This document shows positions 7,968-15,272 of a stretch of DNA of 26,333 nucleotides, piece by piece. Numbering within the stretch: the stretch's first letter is position 1; each line of letters opens with the position of its first letter. The notes beneath the pieces were generated by a model, which was given only the letters and a program-made list of their open reading frames with translations, searched no databases and was not told the DNA's origin. The DNA comes from Sphaerochaetaceae bacterium (lineage in GTDB: Bacteria; Spirochaetota; Spirochaetia; Sphaerochaetales; Sphaerochaetaceae). The stretch spans positions 1 to 26,333 of the forward strand of contig JAKSPF010000001.1 of assembly GCA_024405065.1 (NCBI GenBank). Direction: 5' to 3'. The translations under genes and the position numbers were made by a program.

Positions 7968-10670
7968 TCAGGGTTCTGTCCTTATAAGTTTCCAGTTTTC
8001 CGGAACAAAAATATTTTCCTTCACATTCCACCAGTTACATCCTCCGGCAGAAACAAAAAAGTTTCCCGTTCTCAACTCCGAATCGCTGTCATCAAGAATC
8101 ATCTGTATACCCGACTTTACCTGACTGTCAATAGGTCTTCCGGTAAACGGATTAACAGGATTGTCTATAGCATCGCTGAAAGCAATTGTCGGAACATCTG
8201 CATTTGTCATAAATTCGTCATCTATTTTAAAACCATGTGCATCAAAATCCTTTACCATCAGAAGAGGATTGAATCTTGTAGCTAAACTGCTGAGTTTTGA
8301 GCAATTCATTTCCCATCCGTGATCAGAAACAATGATTATTTTGGTATTATCAAAAACATCATTATCCTTCAGCCACTGACAGTATTCACCAATTGCAATA
8401 AGAGCAGCCAAATTAGTACGCAGATGCATTTTAGAACTGTAATCCGATACATCAAGGACGTAACCATCAGAAGATTCAACCACACCTGACGGAACATCTA
8501 CCATAGGAACCTCAGAGTATCTTGTGGGGATAACACCGGAAGCTTCGGCAATACCTCCGTCATGAGTTACACAACTGTACATGAGAAAAAAAGCATTGCT
8601 GCAGTCTTCCGCAACTCCGGTAATTTTTTCAAGATTCAGAAGTCCGGAATAATCATCTATAAACCCTGAATCAAGAAAATCAGAATCGGTTGATGTATAA
8701 TAACCGTCATCATATATCGGGTCATACATACATAACGGACACATTTTCATGATTGAATACCAGAAAAAATTGTGAATAAAACTCCTTTTATTTGATACGG
8801 GATATTCTTTCTCATAATCTTTAACAAACATCCTTTCAATTCTGCGGACACTGATATCAGGATATTCGTCATACATACTTAAATCGGATGTCCAGACATA
8901 ATTTGCCAAAGGAGGATCAAACACATCTACATTGTAGCCGTTTTTTGAAAAAAGCAAAGGCATAAGCAAAAGAGCCTGATTATGTTTTTCTTTTAATGAT
9001 TCATTCTCTCTGTCATTGATTGCCTCAGGCGTGTACTCGTAACCTCCAAACAGTGCCGGAGAGCCTTTGACAGTTCCTCCCGCAAAGGAAATTGTATTCG
9101 GATAATAGGTAAACCCATCCAGCAGGTCTCTCAATTGAGGATACAGATCAAGCTCAAACGGAACAGCAAAACCCAAGGCTCTATCCAGAAAAAAGACAAT
9201 AACATTCCTGCCCTTTTTACTCAGACATAGAATTTTTCCGTCTTCCGGTAATTCATCCATGCTATTAACAGTACTGTCATCCCGAAATTTTTGTGATTTT
9301 TTGTTTTTAATAAAAATCGAACCGATATTAACAAAGCTCAGAGCAATTATACTAATCAGCAGAATAATTGAAAGTTTATGCACAATGTGTTTAAACTTGA
9401 AAAACAATAACCAGCAGACAATAAACACAAAAAAATCAACAACAATGTTTATCGCAATTTCTTTGTGAGCAATTGACAATGGCTTGTCAAAAACAAGGTT
9501 ATAGGACAGAATCCCGAAGTTCTTTCCGAAAAACAGGAAATTCACTGTGCCTACAAGCAGTATTACAAAAACGAGAAATGAAAAAGAACCTTTTGATTTA
9601 TCTCCTGCAAAAATATAGTAAATATTGCTCCATATCAGAAACAACCCTGCAAACAGGCAAAACGTTGTTGCCATAATTGCCCATACGGTCATTCCTCCTG
9701 CTCCGAACTCGTCCGGAGAAGATTTGATAACAGCGGAAGGAATAACCAAGCCTATGAAAATCGTCAAAGATACAACTGAAAGATAAAAAATCTTTTTTGA
9801 AATTTTCCTTCTATCCGGCAGTATATCTATCCGGTTTGCATTTTTCTTGACAACTGATAAAAAAAGAGGAACTGAAGAAATAACGGCAACCGCAATAAAA
9901 AAAACTGTTTTTTTCAGATTTTCAGCGTAACCTTTTGTCACTCCGATAATCAGTATTGATATGCCTGTCACTAAACAGAGCCATTGTCCTGCATTTCTCC
10001 ACTTCCTTGTTACCAGTGCAAAGAGATTTTTTCCCAAGGAGAACACATTGTTCATTGTCCAGTAAAGTACAAGCCCTGACGGACTGTTATACAACAACAC
10101 CAAAAATACCAGTGCCATTATGTACAGCTGCAACTTTTCTTTCAGCTTGAACCCTCTTGTGTATATTGCTCCGGACACTATGTTTACAAGTGTCATCACC
10201 ACAGGAAGCACATTTATCGTAACTCCCGCAAAACTTATCAATGCATCAGGTTTTGCCAGATTACTGAAACAGAAAAAACTCACCCCTTCCAGAAGTTTCA
10301 GTTTTGACAGATAGTTATACGCTGCCATGAAAAACGGTATCTGCAATAACAAAGATATTGCTCCGCGCAATGCATATATCGGCTTATAATTCTGCTCCCT
10401 GTAGTATGCAGAAAGCACCATTACACGTTTGTCTCCATGATAACAGCGTTTTATCTGATTTACCCACTTCTCCATGGATTTCTGCTTGTTCCGTTCTTCT
10501 TCCTGTATGGCATCAGACCTTTTGTACAGTGGCAGAACCAACAATTGGACAATCAGACTTACTCCGATTATTGATATTCCCGGATTTTCGGAAAATCTGT
10601 AGATTATCGCAAATACAAATTCTATTATAAATTCTATCGGTCCTATCAGAAGTGCATAAAGCAAACTCAT
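7968..10670 (-). CDS. YidC/Oxa1 core fused to ~7 extra TM helices and an LtaS/alkaline-phosphatase-superfamily phosphotransferase domain (copy A, 900 aa)
   Basis: Same YidC module as copy B. C-terminal NVIVFFLDR, YYPNTISFAGGT, CVTH, IIIVSDHG, TNAD. ATGA overlap with the upstream gene and a 1-nt gap to the downstream gene. Confidence 0.85.
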   Translation of the reverse strand: MSLLYALLIGPIEFIIEFVFAIIYRFSENPGISIIGVSLIVQLLVLPLYKRSDAIQEEERNKQKSMEKWVNQIKRCYHGDKRVMVLSAYYREQNYKPIYALRGAISLLLQIPFFMAAYNYLSKLKLLEGVSFFCFSNLAKPDALISFAGVTINVLPVVMTLVNIVSGAIYTRGFKLKEKLQLYIMALVFLVLLYNSPSGLVLYWTMNNVFSLGKNLFALVTRKWRNAGQWLCLVTGISILIIGVTKGYAENLKKTVFFIAVAVISSVPLFLSVVKKNANRIDILPDRRKISKKIFYLSVVSLTIFIGLVIPSAVIKSSPDEFGAGGMTVWAIMATTFCLFAGLFLIWSNIYYIFAGDKSKGSFSFLVFVILLVGTVNFLFFGKNFGILSYNLVFDKPLSIAHKEIAINIVVDFFVFIVCWLLFFKFKHIVHKLSIILLISIIALSFVNIGSIFIKNKKSQKFRDDSTVNSMDELPEDGKILCLSKKGRNVIVFFLDRALGFAVPFELDLYPQLRDLLDGFTYYPNTISFAGGTVKGSPALFGGYEYTPEAINDRENESLKEKHNQALLLMPLLFSKNGYNVDVFDPPLANYVWTSDLSMYDEYPDISVRRIERMFVKDYEKEYPVSNKRSFIHNFFWYSIMKMCPLCMYDPIYDDGYYTSTDSDFLDSGFIDDYSGLLNLEKITGVAEDCSNAFFLMYSCVTHDGGIAEASGVIPTRYSEVPMVDVPSGVVESSDGYVLDVSDYSSKMHLRTNLAALIAIGEYCQWLKDNDVFDNTKIIIVSDHGWEMNCSKLSSLATRFNPLLMVKDFDAHGFKIDDEFMTNADVPTIAFSDAIDNPVNPFTGRPIDSQVKSGIQMILDDSDSELRTGNFFVSAGGCNWWNVKENIFVPENWKLIRTEP
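10024..10660. repeat. 637-bp direct repeat, copy 2 (identical to 7320-7956)
   Basis: Boundaries fixed by first mismatches at 7319/10023 and 7957/10661. Confidence 0.95.
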
Positions 10671-11881
10671 CCCGAAATTTCCTTCTTTTTCTTTATAAGA
10701 TAATCTACTGTCAGTTTTGCAGACTCACCGATGTACTGCCAGCAGTCAGCTTTGACAGATGCCCTGTTTGCCCGCAAAACATCACTTGCAAGAGCTTTGT
10801 CAATCACATCTTTAATACTGGAAAAATCGTCTTCTTTAAGCTCGTAACCCAACCTTTCCATTGCCTGATTACGCCATACAGGTCCGTCAATCCATGCAGC
10901 ATCATACTTTGACCTGTCAAATGTTCCGCTTGCATAAATCAGAGGTCTGTCAAACAGCAAGGTATAGTCAAAAACCACACCTGAAACATCGGAAATCATT
11001 ATGTCTGATCGGCGTAACACGTCAAAATTATCGTTGTCGTAATTCCACTCAAAATTACTGAATTCACTCTGTAGCGTTTCAAGCACTTGTGATTCGGAGT
11101 GAACAGACTGAGGATGCGGGCGTACTATGATTTTGTAACCGGTAGCAGCAAGTTCTCTGAGCAACTTTCTGCCGTATTTTGACAAAAGTCCTTCCGGTCC
11201 CCATGTAGGAGCAACCAATACAGTAGTAATGTCATTTTTTTCAACAATTTCAGCCGAAGATTTTTTCAGCATTGTATCCATATACGGAGAACCTACAACT
11301 TCAAGGTCTTTTGCTTTGATTCCTCTTTTTTGCTCAAGTTCACGTACATAAGATTTCTGAAATTCTCCGGAAAGCAGAATTGCATCAAAAAAATCTATTC
11401 CGAACATCTCGTAGTCAATCACTCCGCCCACTTCATGTAAAATGTGAACATAATATTTTGTGTTTGCCGAACGCTTCCACTGATACACATCAAGTCCGGG
11501 TGTTGTTGCCAAACAAATATCGGATTTAAGCATATTCATTCGGGCAAACGCCTTGTTCCCTTCTCCTGCAAATCTGCATTTTACATATCTGTAGTTTTCC
11601 GAAAGTGCAGGATCGTCGGATGAAGCAGTCCAATAGTCTACCTGAATTTTTCTTTTTTCAAACTCATCACATATCGGTTTAAAAACATTCCAATAACGTT
11701 TGCTGTCACTGAATATTGCATACGGTACGTAATTTACGTCTTTTGCAACTGCTTTACCTCCGTGTACCAAAAAACTGAACTTCACTTTAAGTTTCTGAAC
11801 AAAGAAAAAACCTGCGGTGACCACGCCTATCAGAACCGTGAACAACATACTCCCGGTTCCCGGATCTATATAACAGAACAT
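10667..11881 (-). CDS. CDP-glycerol glycerophosphotransferase family protein (TagF/TagB-like) with N-terminal YIDPGTGS + TM segment
   Basis: YYVHILHE, GSPYMD, LVAPTW, IIVRPHP and DIMISDVSGVVFDY..DRPLI correspond to TagF-family motifs. Confidence 0.82.
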   Translation of the reverse strand: MFCYIDPGTGSMLFTVLIGVVTAGFFFVQKLKVKFSFLVHGGKAVAKDVNYVPYAIFSDSKRYWNVFKPICDEFEKRKIQVDYWTASSDDPALSENYRYVKCRFAGEGNKAFARMNMLKSDICLATTPGLDVYQWKRSANTKYYVHILHEVGGVIDYEMFGIDFFDAILLSGEFQKSYVRELEQKRGIKAKDLEVVGSPYMDTMLKKSSAEIVEKNDITTVLVAPTWGPEGLLSKYGRKLLRELAATGYKIIVRPHPQSVHSESQVLETLQSEFSNFEWNYDNDNFDVLRRSDIMISDVSGVVFDYTLLFDRPLIYASGTFDRSKYDAAWIDGPVWRNQAMERLGYELKEDDFSSIKDVIDKALASDVLRANRASVKADCWQYIGESAKLTVDYLIKKKKEISG

Positions 11882-11910
11882 AAAGGATCAAAACCCTCCC
11901 TATAGCAAAA

Positions 11911-11939
11911 ATATTAAAGAGACGGTTACAAAATTGCAA
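11911..11939 (-). promoter_or_regulatory. Putative sigma70 promoter TTGCAA-N17-TAATAT for the three-gene operon
   Basis: -35 at 11939-11934, -10 at 11916-11911, followed by SD-like GGGAGG (11900-11895). Confidence 0.5.
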
Positions 11940-11960
11940 TCAACTCTGAAACTTACTTGC

Positions 11961-12617
11961 CTACTTGCGGAAACTTTCGCGCCAAACCTTTGCAGGACTT
12001 ATTCTGAACCGAACCAGACAGTAAATCCATGCTATTGCAATACTGGAAAGATGTACAAGATGGGATATTCCTGCGCTCGTTCCGAATACCTGAGAAAGAA
12101 CCTCAATCAACATGAAAATCATGACAGCTAAAGGCATTTTCATGGGAATAAAAAAGAACAAAAGTATTCTGCTGTCAGGGAAAAGAACCGATATCAGAAA
12201 AAGCAACCCGTATATCGGCCCTGAAGCTCCGAGTATCATCACATTGGACATTCCGCCTACAGTATTCACCGCAGAGCTTAGAATTCCGCCGAGAACTCCG
12301 GTAACAAGATAAAAAAGAAGAAACTCACGACTTCCCAGAAAACGTTCGCAGGACATCCCGAACATCAGCAGGGCATACATGTTGAACAGAAGGTGTGTAA
12401 AATCAACATGAACAAACATATAACTCACAAACTGCCACACAAAACCGTGTTTCACCATCTGCGGCACAAGTCCGAGCCAATAAATAAGAGGCACGCCTTT
12501 TACCGAAAATTTGAAATGCCCGACGGCAAAATAAACAAGTACATTGAGCATTACAAGGTACAGGCAAACCGAACAGTATGTATAGGTGAATTTTTTGTTG
12601 AAAATATTGTTGTTCAT
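11961..12617 (-). CDS. Rhomboid-family intramembrane serine protease (start re-assigned to ATG 12617)
   Basis: WQFVSYMFVH, HLLFNM, catalytic GASG, and SHLVHL histidine motif. Six to seven TM segments. Confidence 0.9.
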   Translation of the reverse strand: MNNNIFNKKFTYTYCSVCLYLVMLNVLVYFAVGHFKFSVKGVPLIYWLGLVPQMVKHGFVWQFVSYMFVHVDFTHLLFNMYALLMFGMSCERFLGSREFLLFYLVTGVLGGILSSAVNTVGGMSNVMILGASGPIYGLLFLISVLFPDSRILLFFFIPMKMPLAVMIFMLIEVLSQVFGTSAGISHLVHLSSIAIAWIYCLVRFRISPAKVWRESFRK

Positions 12618-12624
12618 AGGATAA

Positions 12625-12653
12625 AACATAAACGTTAGCAGGATTCTGGTCAA
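12625..12653 (-). promoter_or_regulatory. Putative promoter TTGACC-N17-TATGTT, 7 nt before ATG 12617 (leaderless architecture)
   Basis: Read directly on the minus strand. No SD before the ATG. Confidence 0.6.
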
Positions 12654-12722
12654 TCACGGTTTTTCAGCAACCGGCGAACCGGCACTATCGCAATTTACTT
12701 CACTTTGTGATTTACTTTCAAT

Positions 12723-13325
12723 ATGGCAACAAACAAAAGAGACACTGCAGATTCATATACCCAAAGGGCTCATAGAGAAGGCTATCCGGCAAGAAGCGTA
12801 TACAAACTTGAGGAAATACAGAAACAGAACAGTATTATAAAACCGGGTAACACGGTACTTGATGTAGGTGCCGCACCCGGCAGTTGGACCCTGTACACTC
12901 ACCGTGAGTTGCTCAAAGGGAACGGACGCATAATTGCAGTTGACCTCAATCCCCTGAATCTCAATCCCTTACCTTCCACGGTCACGGCATTTGTCGGTGA
13001 TGCTTTCTCAGATGAAATACGGGCAAAACTCACCGCAAACGGACCGTTTGATGCAATAATCAGTGATGCGGCTCCCATGACAACCGGAAACCGCACAGTA
13101 GATACGTCAAGAAGTGAATATCTTGCCGAACAGGTTGTCCGTCTTGCACAGGAGCAACTGAAACCTCACGGAAACCTTGTAATAAAGATATTTCAGGGCG
13201 GCGGACAACAGCAGATAATGCAGATAATGAGAACCCTGTTTGTAAAATCAAAGTCACTCAAACCCAAAGCCTGCCGCTCTGACAGTTTTGAAATTTACCT
13301 CATCGGACTGGACAAACGTTCTTAA
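12723..13325 (+). CDS. rlmE: 23S rRNA 2'-O-methyltransferase RlmE/FtsJ
   Basis: GYPARSVYKL, VLDVGAAPGSW, SDAAP, VIKIF, SFEIY (K-D-K-E tetrad). Confidence 0.93.
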   Translation: MATNKRDTADSYTQRAHREGYPARSVYKLEEIQKQNSIIKPGNTVLDVGAAPGSWTLYTHRELLKGNGRIIAVDLNPLNLNPLPSTVTAFVGDAFSDEIRAKLTANGPFDAIISDAAPMTTGNRTVDTSRSEYLAEQVVRLAQEQLKPHGNLVIKIFQGGGQQQIMQIMRTLFVKSKSLKPKACRSDSFEIYLIGLDKRS

Positions 13326-15178
13326 ACGGCCAGCAGAGAATGAAGCTTTCTTGCAAATTCAGACGGATTTTTCGGCATTACTCCTGAAGACAGCAATGCC
13401 TGATCAAGAAGCACAGAACTGGCATCGTCTATAAAATCCTTATCTTTTGACTCTGCAATTCTTTTCACAAACGGATCCTGTTCGTTTATCTCAAGAATCG
13501 GAGCACTTTCCATACCGGACTGTCCCATGGCTTTCAACATTTGCTGCATTTGAACAGTAGGATCATTTTCATCAGCAACAACTACGGCAGAAACATCGGA
13601 AAGCCTGTTGGAAAGCTTAACTTCCTTCACCCTGTCACCGAGACTCTTCTTTATCTTTTCAGCAAGTTCTGACTTTTCTTCTTTGGCTTGCTTCTTTTCC
13701 TCTTCGGTCATGAAATCTTCCATTGCACTGCTGCGGTTTATTGCCTTAAGTGCAATTTCTTCATACTTGTTCACGGAAGAAATCACAAGTTCATCAATGT
13801 CATCAGTCATCAGCAGAACTTCAATACCTTTCTCCTTATAGGAAGAGAGGAGCGGTGAGTTCTTTAATGTCTGCTCATCCCCGCCGGTTATGTAATAAAT
13901 GCTTTTCTGGTCTGATTGCATCCTCTCCTTATATTCCTTAAGAGAGGTGTAACCGTCAACGGACGTGCTTTTGAACCTCACAAGACCGAGCAATTCATCA
14001 CGGTTTGCATAGTCCTGATAAAGACCTTCTTTCAACGGACGATTGTACTGTTCAATAAACTTTGTATAAAGCTCCGGATTCTGTTCGGAAATCTTTTTAA
14101 ACTCAGACAGAAGTTTCTTAACAGAAGCATTCCTTATAGCTGACATCACCTTGTTCTGCTGAAGAATTTCACGACTCACGTTAAGAGGGAGATCTTCACT
14201 GTCTATCACACCCCGTACAAAACGCAGATATGTAGGTAAAAGTTCCTTGTCATCGTCAGTTATATAAACACGCTTCACGTAAAGTTTCACACCGGGTTTG
14301 TAATCAGCATGATACATATCAAACGGAGCCTTTGCAGGAATGAAGAAAAGCGTTGTGTATTCCGTTGCACCTTCAGCCTTTGTGTGAATGAAGAAAAGCG
14401 GATTTTCAGAGTCATAACTTGCGTTTTTGTAAAATTCGTTATAATCGTCATCCTTGAGCTCGGACTTGCTTCTTGTCCACAAGGCCGCAGCACTGTTTAC
14501 CTTATCAACCTTATGCTCACTGCCGGTGACATTGTATTTGTCATCATAAGTATTCTGGTCGTACGCAAGATATATGGGATATGCAATGTGATCACTGTAC
14601 TGCTTTATAAGATTTTCAAGTTGCCACCGGTTTGCATACTCTTTTCCTTCATCGTTAAGATAAAGGACAATAGTTGTTCCGCAACTTTCACGGGAAGCAT
14701 CGTCAATTGTGTATTTATCATGACCGTCGCTTGTCCATTTGAAAGCCGTATCACTTCCGTATGCACGTGAAGTCACCTCAACTTTGTCTGCTACCATAAA
14801 TGCCGAGTAGAAGCCTACGCCGAACTGTCCTATCAGATTACTGTTTGCTTTCTGGTCATCCGAAAGATTTGCAAGAAAACGCTTTGTACCGCTGTGAGCA
14901 ATGGTTCCGAGATTTTCCTCAAGCTCATCATGGCTCATACCTATACCGTTGTCGGAAATGGTAAGGGTACGTTTATCACCTTCGGTGAATGATATGTCTA
15001 TGCGCAATTCACCGTCAACAGACGTATTTTCCGTAAGACTCCTGTATTTAAGTTTATCCAGTGCGTCGGAAGCATTTGATATAAGCTCCCTGAGAAAAAT
15101 CTCCTTATGTGAGTAAAGAGAGTGAATAATAAGGTGAAGAAGGTCTGAAACCTCCGTCTTGAACTGTCTGCGTTCCAT
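13322..15178 (-). CDS. htpG: Molecular chaperone HtpG (Hsp90)
   Basis: FKTEV, FLRELISNASDAL, IGQFGVGFYSAFM, LPLNVSREILQ. SD AGGAGG. Stop overlaps the rlmE stop by 4 bp. Confidence 0.97.
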   Translation of the reverse strand: MERRQFKTEVSDLLHLIIHSLYSHKEIFLRELISNASDALDKLKYRSLTENTSVDGELRIDISFTEGDKRTLTISDNGIGMSHDELEENLGTIAHSGTKRFLANLSDDQKANSNLIGQFGVGFYSAFMVADKVEVTSRAYGSDTAFKWTSDGHDKYTIDDASRESCGTTIVLYLNDEGKEYANRWQLENLIKQYSDHIAYPIYLAYDQNTYDDKYNVTGSEHKVDKVNSAAALWTRSKSELKDDDYNEFYKNASYDSENPLFFIHTKAEGATEYTTLFFIPAKAPFDMYHADYKPGVKLYVKRVYITDDDKELLPTYLRFVRGVIDSEDLPLNVSREILQQNKVMSAIRNASVKKLLSEFKKISEQNPELYTKFIEQYNRPLKEGLYQDYANRDELLGLVRFKSTSVDGYTSLKEYKERMQSDQKSIYYITGGDEQTLKNSPLLSSYKEKGIEVLLMTDDIDELVISSVNKYEEIALKAINRSSAMEDFMTEEEKKQAKEEKSELAEKIKKSLGDRVKEVKLSNRLSDVSAVVVADENDPTVQMQQMLKAMGQSGMESAPILEINEQDPFVKRIAESKDKDFIDDASSVLLDQALLSSGVMPKNPSEFARKLHSLLAV

Positions 15179-15191
15179 CTGACGCCTCCTG

Positions 15192-15224
15192 AAAAAAATG
15201 CAGTCTGCGGCAAAGACCGCAGAC
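15192..15224 (-). terminator. GC-rich hairpin plus U7 between the patatin gene and the htpG RBS
   Basis: GTCTGCGG-TCTTTG-CCGCAGAC (15224-15203), then TGCA and T7 (15198-15192). Confidence 0.5.
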
Positions 15225-15272
15225 CTGATAAAGTTACCCCCAATTCACCAAAACGGCAAGTTCCTCTGTAAA

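Noticed and set aside
5315-10670. Calling the fusions housekeeping yidC or sulfatases
   Set aside because: No rpmH/rnpA/jag context, the groove Arg is missing, they are ~900 aa, and there is no formylglycine motif.
12618-12653. TTG start of the rhomboid at 12653
   Set aside because: That TTG is the -35 hexamer TTGACC of a well-spaced promoter. ATG 12617 fits better.
13322-13325. 4-bp overlap of the convergent rlmE and htpG stops
   Set aside because: Common in compact genomes, with no further signal.
15179-15272. CIRCE/HrcA operator upstream of htpG
   Set aside because: No TTAGCACTC-N9-GAGTGCTAA-like inverted repeat is present.
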